This document shows, one piece after another, positions 53,805 through 64,000 of a DNA stretch of 64,000 nt (its first letter is position 1; every line of letters starts with the position of its first letter). The position numbers were made by a program, and so were the translations under genes. The DNA is from Octopus vulgaris. Taxonomy: Eukaryota. Where the stretch lies: the NCBI GenBank assembly GCA_951406725.2, contig OX597818.1, positions 142,228,001 to 142,292,000 on the forward strand, given 5' to 3'. Under the pieces are notes generated by a model, which saw only the letters and a list, made by a program, of their open reading frames with translations, was not told the DNA's origin and ran no database searches.

Positions 53805-53807
<3 letters not shown>
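53477..53807 (-). mobile_element. ~330-bp hammerhead-bearing element between two (TA)n tracts (Penelope-like pLTR or retrozyme-like)
   Basis: Unique segment bounded by (TA)n on both sides; contains the hammerhead at 53506-53602. Confidence 0.6.
53506..53602 (-). ncRNA. Type I hammerhead ribozyme with intact core and palindromic stem III
   Basis: Minus: GUGUUUUCGG-CUGAUGA-GUACGGG...GCUGCAA uau UUGCAGC...UUCGUAU-GAAA-CAAUUG-UA-CCGAAAUAC; cleavage predicted after GUA (53515/53514). Confidence 0.85.
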
Positions 53808-53857
<50 letters not shown>

Positions 53858-53959
53858 TATGCAAAACATCCAGATGTTTAGGTGAAACAAAAAAGGGATA
53901 ACAAAGTATCCAGAGAGACGATACAAGGAAAACAACAATGGATCATTTGAAGTTTTCTA

Positions 53960-54032
53960 TCCTCAGTCGAGTTCCAGATTATCTTTGCAATTTCAGCTGG
54001 TTATACTCAAGATTGCTCCAATCTGGCCAGCC
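53960..54032 (-). ncRNA. Rearranged (non-circularly permuted) hammerhead-like motif with all core nucleotides present
   Basis: Minus: GGCUGG CCAGAUU gga GCAAU C UUGAGU auaa CCAGCU GAA AUUGC aaagau AAUCUGG a ACUCGA CUGAGGA. Confidence 0.65.
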
Positions 54033-54178
54033 CTAAGGAAAAATAAGCTAAAAGCATTACATTCCTTGGAAGAAAGCAGTAAATGTTACACAAAAACAAG
54101 GACGGAAAAAACCCCCAGAAATGTTACATAAATACAAATAACAGGACGTATATATAGTAGTATATAGTATATATACAT

Positions 54179-54345
54179 AGGTGCAGGAGTGGCTGTGTGG
54201 TAAGTAGCTTGCTTACCAGCCACATGGTTCCGGGTTCAGTCCCACTGCGTGGCACCTTAGGCAAGTGTCTTCTACTATAGCCTCGGGTCGACCAAAGCCT
54301 TGTGAGTGGATTTGGTAGATGGAAACTGAAAGAATCCCATCGTAT
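54179..54345 (+). mobile_element. SINE family A, 5' half
   Basis: Homology to other copies. Confidence 0.88.
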
Positions 54346-54989
54346 ATGTGTATATGTATGTGCGTGTGTGTCTGGTGATGGTGGTGGTGTTAGTGGTGGT
54401 GATGGTGGTGGTGGTAGTGATAATGATGATGATGATGATGATGGAACAATAGGGATGATGTGGTTAATGGCTGCAAAAGTTTAGGATAACCTAATAATGA
54501 TAAAATAGCGATGAAGCTGATAATGAAAAATGATGACAAGGAGACAGATATCTATATTTCTATAAAACATGAACATTTCTGAATTCGTGTATGTCTACTT
54601 GTGTGAGATTTAAACACACAATCACTGCCATCTAACTAACACTGCATCTCTTAAATAATAACTGTAATGGCTTCTAATTTTGGCACGTAATAAACACTTA
54701 GCAAGGAAGAAGAGCTCCAGGAAATTAAATTGATTCCATTAAAGGAGATGAAAGTCCCCTTGATAGGATTTCAGCTGAAGATAATAATCATCATCATTGT
54801 TTTATTATCCACTTGTAAATAAATAATAGTGTTTGTATGAACTGTGATTTTTTTTGTTTTGTTTAAAGTGTGCACACATTCAAGACAAGGAGGATACACA
54901 CACACATATATATATATATACACAAATTTGACAGACCCCTAGTTTTCATCTACCAAATTTCCTTCATGAGGCATTGGTTAACCTATGGG

Positions 54990-55250
54990 GATAGTAGAAG
55001 ATATAAACTGATAGTGTCCTCACAGTCAAAACAAACCTTCAATATAGACAAATGGCTGAAGGAGATTTGAATAGAATGCCCTGTAGAGCTCCTACAGAAC
55101 GGTTTTCTCTTAAGGACAGCAAGGATTATCAGGAGGGTTTTAAGCACGTAAAAGACTACAGAAGACTTGTGGGTACCTAAAGTAACAGGTAGTGGTCTGC
55201 TCCCCACATAAATCCTATCAGGAATAAGCCCAAACCTGAGTCAAACCAAA
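54990..55250 (+). mobile_element. R4/Dong-like non-LTR retrotransposon 3' end followed by (TAA)n
   Basis: KWLKEI*IECPVELLQNGFLLRTARIIRRVLST*, resembling the LQK..LLGTA.ILR.VL C-terminus; second copy at 56133-56330. Confidence 0.7.
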
Positions 55251-55487
55251 TAATAATAACTGCCCTGATGCAGTACCAGGCAGTGGTTCCCATGGCTTCT
55301 GATCTTAATTGATTAGAATTGTTATCATGTACATATTTTGTCTTGGTTCAACTGGTACTTATTTTATTGACCCCGAAACAATGAAAGGCAAAGTCAACCT
55401 TGGCAGAATTTGAACTCAGAATGTAGCGATGGGTGAAATACCGTTAACCATTTTGCCCAGCATGCTAATGATTTTGCCAGCTCACTG

Positions 55488-55545
<58 letters not shown>

Positions 55546-55546
<1 letters not shown>

Positions 55547-56100
55547 GCCCTGATGCAGTACCAGGCAGTGGCTCTCATGGCTTCTGATCTTTACTGATTG
55601 GAAGTGTTATCATGTACGTTGTTTTGTCTTGCTATAAAAGATGGGCTACAGCAAATATTCTGCTCAATACCACAGATTTGCTTGTCAGTTGTTTGACCTT
55701 AACCAGTTGAGCATGTCCCTTAGTGGCTGACGATATGTGCATCTCTGATCACGAGCAGAAGTAGTGGGGGAGCATCATAGCCATGTGTTGAGAGGGATTC
55801 TTTGGGGTTTGAATAATTCACCTCTGGAAACCTGGGTGGTTCTTTCAACATCCTTAAACAACCCTTATTCAGGGACCTTTTGAGCGGGATGGGCTACTCA
55901 ACCTGAAGAAAATTCTAACTGGGCCCCACCTGCAAGGTCATGTGCTGTTTATCTTGATATGAGATCACCATGTCGCGCACATATGGTTGTGATGCATGTG
56001 CCTGGTGTACCCTTATCAGACGGGTAGTCATGATGGGTATATTGGGCTTCATATATTTTACCCCAGTGTCACTTTGATGGCATGAACTGCTCTCTCACTC
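55546..56100. mobile_element. Family F repeat flanked by (AAT)n (partial copy also at 55261-55345)
   Basis: Near-identical to 11564-12114. Confidence 0.9.
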
Positions 56101-56343
56101 AATAATAATAATAATAATAGTAGTAGTAGTAACAGCTGAAGGAGACTGGAACAGAATATCCTGTGGAGTTTCTACAGAAAGTTTTCCTCTTAGGGACAGG
56201 AAAGATTATCTGGGAGGTTTTAAGCTCATGCAAGACTATTGAAAACTTCTGAATATCTAAGGTTACTTGTAATAATCCGCTACTCACATTAACTCTACCA
56301 GGAATAAGAACAAACCTGAATCAAATCAATGATAATTATTATG

Positions 56344-56378
<35 letters not shown>

Positions 56379-56391
56379 GGTGGTGGTGGTG

Positions 56392-56525
<134 letters not shown>

Positions 56526-56526
56526 T

Positions 56527-56780
56527 ATTCTTCAGTAGTCTTATTTTATCATATGCTTTCACGGTACTACCGAGCACAGTTCTGTGTGCCTTGGGTCTGT
56601 GCTGTGGTCTGTGCTTTACGTAGGAAGTGCACAGTGCCTAATAGTTCTACTTTCTGTATGTTATATACATTTGTAAGTCCTGGTGTTTTGGTTATATATA
56701 TATATATGTCTGAATGTTTTTTAATCATACCTAATGCACCTATTCTTATAGGAATTGTTTCTGTTTTTAGGCTTCACATC
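56527..56780 (-). mobile_element. R4/Dong-like 3' fragment
   Basis: Minus: LKTETIPIRIGALGMIKK...PGLTNVYNIQKVELLGTVHFLRKA. Confidence 0.75.
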
Positions 56781-56799
56781 CAAGTTATTATTATTATTT

Positions 56800-57312
56800 A
56801 CTTTTAATCTGCATATTTGTTACAATTACTTGTAACATGTCCAGCATCTTAGGGCAAGTGAAAGATAAGAGATGTCACAATATGACTGAAAGTTTGGGGA
56901 GGGGGAAGTGGCAGGGGCAGTAACAAAATATCTTCATGTAATACAACACAGACATTTAAATTGATAGGGTTTTTCTACGGATGTGGGCAGTACTTGTAAG
57001 CACAATCTTTTGGATTCCTCTGAGACATGGTTCTCCTGGGATGTTATCTAGATGTTTCTGACAGCCCTTTTTTATCATACATAGGACACTACAATAACAA
57101 GAACAGTTCTTGCTTTAAGAAGCCACATGTTTTGTATTTCAATTTCCAGGTCCTTTAATTACTTAATTTGTCAAATTCCTTTACAGATTTATTTTTATCA
57201 GTGGGGACGCTTACCTCTATTAGTCTGCAGGTATTTTCTTCCCTGTCTTTAACAATTATGTCTGGTCGATTAGCCTTGATTGTTCTGTCAGTGTTGACTG
57301 GAAAATCCCAGT
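56800..57312 (-). mobile_element. R4/Dong-like retrotransposon fragment with a restriction-like endonuclease domain
   Basis: Minus: WDFPVNTDRTIKANRPDIIVKDREENTCRLIEVSVPTDKN...KDLEIEIQNMW...IQKIVLTSTAHIRRKTLSI* (frameshifted); (TAA)n on both flanks. Confidence 0.85.
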
Positions 57313-57969
57313 TTTATTATTATTATTATTATTATTATTAAAACTTTGAAATCTGTTTATTGGACCTATTTTAAAACCTCTAATAATTATCATTTCTAAT
57401 AACAAAAATAAATCACAAAAAAAATGAAAAAAACAAATGAAAAAAACTAACAAAAAAACCAGTGTGCTGAGAAACAACCATATCAGAGATTTGGAGAGTC
57501 ATGTATGAGATGGGGTGTCATACAAAGGATGAGAGTCGATAATTTGTAGAAGAGGTGTAATTAAAAGCTATTAATTACACCTCTTGACATATTATGATAA
57601 GAGGTGCAATTATGTGCATTGATGAATTTAGGCATTCTTGTTAATACTTAACATTTCAATGGAAATCCATAAAGAAATAGGTTTCTCATTGAGGATTTCA
57701 CATTAGGCATGGACATAGCTGTGTGGGAAGAAGTTTGTTTCTCAACCACATGATTCTGAGTTCAATACCTCTGTGCAGCATCTTAGACAAGTGTTTTCTA
57801 CTATAGTCCCTGGCAGACAAAAGTCTTGTGAGTGAATTTTGGTTGGCAAAAACTGAAAGAAGCCTGTTACATGTATGTATACACATACACATTCACACAC
57901 ACATGTGTATATATATGTATATATAAATATATGTGTGTGTGTATGTATGTATGTATATATATATGTGTG

Positions 57970-58194
57970 TATTTCTTTACTACCCACAAGGGGCTAAACA
58001 CAGAGGGGACAAACAAGGACAGACATAGGTATTAAGACGATTACATCGACCCCAGTGCGTAACTGGTACTTTATTTATCGACCCCGAAAGGATGAAAGGC
58101 AAAGTCGACCTCGGCGGAATTTGAACATAGCGGTAGATGAAATACTGCTAAGCATTTCGCCCGGCGCGCTAACGTTTCTGCCAGCTCGCCACCT

Positions 58195-58195
<1 letters not shown>
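57970..58195 (-). mobile_element. Young SINE family B
   Basis: Reverse-complement match to 40057-40290, including the AAAGAAATA tail. Confidence 0.9.
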
Positions 58196-58229
<34 letters not shown>

Positions 58230-58251
58230 ATGTACATGTGTATGTGTATGG

Positions 58252-58598
58252 GTAAAGGATAAAGACCCCCTTCAGTCATGAACGACCAAGGGATTGGACC
58301 TAGAAAGTTCCCCTCTAAGGCACAAGTCCAGGCAAAATTGTTTATGGAAGACCAGTAGTCACTTATGCATACTGGTCTCCCCTCTCCCACACCACTGATG
58401 TTATCCAAGGGAGACACAAAGGCTGATACAGCTTAACACCAGTGATGTTGCAACTCATTTCTACAGCTGAGTAAACTGGAACAACATGAAATAAAGTGTC
58501 TTGCTCAAGAACACAACACACAGCCCAGTCTGGGAATCGAACTCACCACCTCATGATTGTGAGCCTGATGCCCTAAACATTGAAGCCATGCACCTTCA
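58252..58598 (-). mobile_element. SINE with a family D head; homologous copy at 63497-63838
   Basis: CTCATTTCTACAGCTGAGT.AACTGGA.CAACATGAAAT.AAGTGTCTTGCTCAAGAAC in both copies. Confidence 0.85.
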
Positions 58599-58617
58599 CA
58601 CACACACACACACATAT

Positions 58618-60110
58618 ATCATCATCATCATTTAACGTCCGCTTTCCATGCTAGCATGGGTTGGACGGTTCAACTGGGGTCTGGGGAGCCCGAAAGCTGC
58701 ACCAGTCCAGTCAGATCTGGCAGTGTTTCTACAGCTGGATGCCCTTCCTAACGCCAACCACTCCGAGAGTGTAGTGGGTGATTTTATGTGCCACCGACAC
58801 AGGTGCCAGACGAGGCTGGCAAACGGCCACGCTCGGATGGTGTTTTTTATGTGCCACCGACACAGGTGCCAGACGAGGCTGGCAGACGGCCACGCTCGGA
58901 TGGTGTTTTTATGTGCCACCGACACAGGTGCCAGATGAGGCTGGCAAACGGCCACGATCGGATGGTGCTTGTTATGTGCCCACAGCACGGAGGCCAGTCG
59001 ATGCGGTACTGGCTACGGCCACGTTCGGATGGTTTTCTTGTGTGCCACGTGCCACCGGCACTGGTACCACAAAGATACAAATTCCATTGATGTTCATCTA
59101 TTTTGATTTGTTTTGATTTGATTTTTACTTGCCTCAACAGGTCTTCACAAGTGTCACAAGAAGGAAGGTATGCACAGGTGGACTGACTACGTCCCAGGTA
59201 GGGGCCATGGGTTATGGCCTGACTAGTCTTGCCGGGTCTTCGGATGGTGTTTTTATGTGCCACCGACACAGGTGCTAGATGAGGCTAGCGAACGGCCACG
59301 ATCGGATGGTGTTTGTCATGTGCCCACAGCACGGAGGCCAGTCGATGCGGTACTGGCTACGGCCACTTTCGGATGGTTTTCTCCTGTGTGCCACCGGCAC
59401 TGGTACCACAAAGATACAAATTCCATTGATGTTCATCTATTTTGATTTGTTTTGATTTGATTTTGATTTTCACTTGCCTCAACAGGCCTTCACAAGTATC
59501 ACAAGGAGGAAGGTATGCACAGGTGGACTGACTACGTCCCAGGTAGGGGCCATGGTTTATGGCCTGACTAGTCTTGCCGGGTCTTCGGATGGTGTTTTTA
59601 TGTGCCACCGACACAGGTGCTAGATATATATATATATATATCATCATCATCATCGTTTAACGTCCGCTTTCCATGCTAGCATGGGTTGGATGATTTGACT
59701 GAGAGATGGCGAACCAGATGGCTGCACCAAGCTCCAATCTTGATCTGGCAGAGTTTCTACAGCTGGATGCCCTTCCTAATGCCAACCACTCCGAGAGTGT
59801 AGTGTCATCATCATCATCATCATCATCATCGTTTAACGTCCGTTCTCCATGCTAGCATGGGTTGGACGGTTCGACCAGGGATCTGGGAAGCCAGAAGGCT
59901 GCACCAGGCTCCAGTCTTATCTGGCAGTGTTTCTACAGCTGGATGCCCTTCCTAACGCCAACCACTCCGTGAGTGTAGTGGGTGCTTTTTACGTGCCACC
60001 TGCACAGGTGCCAGGCGAGGCTGGCAACGGCCACGGTCGGATTGGTGTATTTTATGTGCCACCGGCACGGAAGCCAGACGAGGCGGAGCTGGCATCGGCC
60101 ACGAGTCGGA
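58618..60110 (-). mobile_element. Three stacked RTE 3' UTR fragments (family E) with ~61-bp subrepeats and a ~345-bp tandem duplication
   Basis: (CAT)n-TTTAACGTCCG tails at ~58618, ~59640 and ~59806; 58896-59239 repeated at 59240-59584. Confidence 0.88.
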
Positions 60111-60689
60111 TAATATATATATATATGTACATATATATATATATATATGTATGTATGTATATGTGGGAGGTGTACTATGTGCATGTGTGTTTGATTATGC
60201 TTACCCACCACCACTACTTACCAACCAGTGTTGGTTTGTTTACATCTCCCATAACCTATCAGATCAATAGAAGAGGCTGATGCAATAAATAACAGGTTTT
60301 AAAAAATAAATAAGTACTCGAATAAATTTGTTCATAAGATCCCTTCGAGATGGTGACCCAGCATGACCTCAGTTCAATGACTGAAATAAGTAAACAAATA
60401 AAAGATAAGAGAATATTATTTCCATAATATATGTGATGGCTGCAGTTTATGTCTGCTGTTTATCCCCTCAGTCATTCATGATTGAACTGACCTATAATCA
60501 AAGTGGTTCCAGCTATGACCATCTCATCTGTTTACTTGAAGCACTGCAACAAGGAACATGTTATTCAATGCGTTGTTGACTTTCTAAGCTGGTAAGGAGT
60601 AATTTGAGTAAAATTTAACTGTTACTTCTTGCAGATTGAATGACCACATCTTGTTATATTTGATTTTCATTATTGATGGGGAAGATTAA

Positions 60690-60900
60690 AGGCGTTGAAC
60701 TGGCAGAATCATTAGCATTCTGGGCAAAATGTTTAGCAGTATTTCATCCATCTATGTTCTGAGTTCAAATTCTGCTGAGGTTCATTTTGCCTTTTACCCT
60801 TTAGGGGTTGATAAAATAAGTAGCAGTTGAGCACTGGAGTTGATGTAATTGATTTAACCCCCTTCCCCAAAATTGCTGACTTTGTGCCAAAATTTGAAAC
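60690..60900 (+). mobile_element. SINE family B, diverged (another copy at 61876-62090)
   Basis: CTGGCAGAATCATTAGCA...GAGTTCAAATTCTGC...TTTGTGCCAAAATTTGAAAC. Confidence 0.8.
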
Positions 60901-61020
60901 CATCATCGATGGAGAAGACTGCTAGTAATTAAGAAAAGATGAAGTGAATTAATAATAGCAAGCCTAACGAAGTAAGGAAGACAGAGGAATATGACTTTAT
61001 TTGACAAACATGAAAATATA

Positions 61021-61410
61021 GATGCAGGCATGACTGTGTGGTAAGAAGCTTGCTTCCCAACCACATGGTTCCAGGTTCAGTCCCACTTCATAGCACCTCG
61101 GGCAAGTGTCTTGTACTATAACCTCAGGCTGACCATAGCCTTGTGAGTGGATTTGGTAGATGGAAACTGAAAGAAGTCTATCGTATATATATATATATAT
61201 ATATATATGTGTATACATCTATGTATGTGTATGTCTTTGTGTTTGTCCCCCCCATCACCACTTGACAACCGGTGTTGGTGTGGTTACATCCCCATAACAG
61301 AGCAATTTAGCAAAAGAGACCGATAGAATAAGTACTAGGCTTTAAAACATAAGTCCAAGGGGATATTTGTTTAACCCTTCAAAGCAGTGAAACGAGTAAA
61401 AAAAATAAAA
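61021..61410 (+). mobile_element. SINE family A
   Basis: Homology to other copies. Confidence 0.85.
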
Positions 61411-62207
61411 GAATATTTGGTAATGTCTAGATGATCCAACCATAACTATCACTTTTATTTGGCAAATATGTAAAAATGCAGAACCATATGGTAGGGGTAG
61501 TGACAAGAGACTCCAACCATGACCATCCTTTTTTATTAGACAAAAATGTCGAATATAGAACCATATGGTAGTAACAAAGTAAACTAAACTGACAGAATAA
61601 ATACCGGGGCAGTGGAGTAGAGAGATGATAAAAACAGATGGAATATATAGTGGAAACACTACTAAATCCTTGTGTGTATGTATTCACACACGAACACACA
61701 CACACACACACACATGTATATATGTAGTGTATGTGTATGTACAAACATAAATATGTAGGTGTGGATGTGTGTGGATGTGAATATGAAGTAGAATCTACTT
61801 ATAATTGTAATGTTATCAGCTGGTTAATGTTATCGAAATTGATGTGGCCCAAGTGGTTTATTTGCTTAAATGTTAAGGGAGCAAGCTGGTAGAATTATTA
61901 GCACGCTGGACAAAATTCTTAGTGGCATTTCATCTGTCTTTATGTTCTGAGTTCAAATCCCACCAAGTTCAACTTTGCCTTTCACCCTTCCAGGGTCGAT
62001 TAAAAAAAGTACCACTTGAGTACTGGGATCAATGTAATCAGCTAGCTCCTTCCTCTGAACTTGCTGGCCTTGTGCCAAAATTTAAAATCAAAGTTTGCAG
62101 TCAGTTAACATTACTGAAAAGACACTGCCACAAAGTGACCACTGTAAGTAGCTTCCACTATGTATATTACATGTGCGTGTTTATGAATATAAGAGGATGT
62201 GAGTGTG

Positions 62208-62238
<31 letters not shown>

Positions 62239-62247
62239 GTATATATG

Positions 62248-62301
<54 letters not shown>

Positions 62302-62402
62302 TATTCTTTTATTCTTCTACTTGTTTCAGTCATTTGACTGGCCATGCTGAAGCACTGCCTTATACATGTAAAAAATGCACACGTGTGTGTGTGTGGACAG
62401 AC

Positions 62403-62472
<70 letters not shown>

Positions 62473-62485
62473 ATAGATTAGATAG
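62403..62485. repeat. (AGAT)n microsatellite
   Basis: Direct reading. Confidence 0.95.
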
Positions 62486-62802
62486 ACAGACAGAGAGATC
62501 CATTTCTCTATCTGTATATGTAAATATGTTTGTGTATATATATATATATAGCATCATTATAGATTTTTTTGTTCACTTTTCCATCCTTACAGAGATGAGA
62601 CAGAATTTAGACACCTTTCCTGTCATCAAACCTTCACCTGTCTCCAAATGAAACAATATTTCCCCATGACTGGACATTTTTGTGCAGAAGATTGGAAACA
62701 AAGAACACGGCTCGTATGATGATGATGATGATAATGTTTGTTTACAGTTATCATGCAATATTTAGTCTAAGAGACACACACATACACAAACCCACACAAA
62801 CT

Positions 62803-62833
<31 letters not shown>

Positions 62834-63015
62834 CAGGCTTCTTTCAGTTTCTTTTTACCAAATCCATTCAGAAGGCTTTGGCTGGCCTGGAGCTATAGTA
62901 GAAGACACCTGCTCAATGAGCAACACAGTAGGACTGTATCCAAAGCCATGTGGTTGGGAAGCAAACTTCCTTATTGCCTGGCCATGCATGCACCTATTTT
63001 ATATATTTATATATG

Positions 63016-63055
<40 letters not shown>

Positions 63056-64000
63056 TACATATGCATACACACACATATATACATATATACACACACACAT
63101 ATGGTTGCATGTATCTACACATACCTACCTACCTATGTACATACATACACACTTATCATCTCACTAGTAAATTAGGCTCCTTAGCTAAACAATGGGGTGG
63201 GTTTTACCATAGCTCTGAACTGATGAGTTAAGTCTTTCTTAAGACACCAAAGATCACCTACTCCTGTCTTTCAATCCCTGTAATGGATTACACACACACA
63301 CAAGTGAGGGGACAAATGAAAGAAAGGGGCACTCAACACATTATTGTTTAGAACAGTCTGATTCAACCCCATGTAAGTTCCAAAGGCTTGTTACAGGACC
63401 CTAACTGTTGGGTCCTTTAACAAACCTAAGGAGTTTTAAGTTGCATGGGGTTGAAGACTGTTTTAAATAATATATATATATATATATATATAAAGAGTAA
63501 AGGATAAAGTGCCTCTTCAGTCATGAATGACCATGGGACTGCACCTAGAAAGTTCCCCTCCGAAGTAAAAGTCCAGGCACAGTTGTTTATGGAAAACCAG
63601 CAGTCACCCATGCATACCAGCCTCCCTTCCCCACACCACTGATGTTATCCAAGGGAAAGGCAAAGGCTAATACAGCTTGGCACCAGTGACATCACAACTC
63701 ATTTCTACAGCTGAGTGAACTGGAGCAACATGAAATGAAGTGTCTTGCTCAAGAACGCAACACACAGCCCAGTCCAGGAATCGAACTCACTACCACATGA
63801 TTGTGACCTGACATTCTAATCACTGAGCCATGCATCTTAACACACACACACATATAAATAGGTGTGTGTGTGTTTATATATATTTTTATACATACACACA
63901 CATACATATGTGCATGCACGCGTAACCACAGACATAACAGACGTAGATATATTTATTCCACAGACATTTGATCCAACCAAAATTTTGCATTCATATCTGT

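Noticed and set aside
63220-63255. CTGATGA followed by a small hairpin
   Set aside because: No GAAA (it reads GACA) and no stem I partner

Overview
This is eukaryotic, AT-rich, repeat-saturated DNA, mostly intronic or intergenic. The microsatellite density and the tRNA-SINE/RTE repertoire look like an octopus (coleoid cephalopod) genome; this is an inference and was not verified. Almost all ORFs in the supplied track are microsatellite artefacts. The only well-supported host coding sequence is one 96-bp minus-strand exon (47398-47493) encoding the first helix of a RhoGEF DH domain, FGD-like. The rest is several tRNA-derived SINE families, 3' fragments of CR1-, RTE- and R4/Dong-type LINEs, mariner/Tc1, hAT and piggyBac-type DNA transposon relics, and simple repeats. 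A ~10-kb block is present twice, on either side of a 100-N gap (20715-30739 and 30840-40968). It probably represents two haplotypes and exposes several polymorphic, recent retro-insertions. The most interesting signal is RNA-structural: short elements next to (TA)n tracts carry hammerhead ribozyme motifs. One is a near-intact type I hammerhead with a palindromic stem III (53506-53602, minus), and several others are decayed relatives. Two motifs with dissimilar helix sequences (41463-41540 and 53960-54032, plus a truncated copy at 52171) carry all three hammerhead core strands in a non-circularly permuted, pseudoknotted order with covarying helices. All folds were done by eye and need computational and biochemical confirmation.
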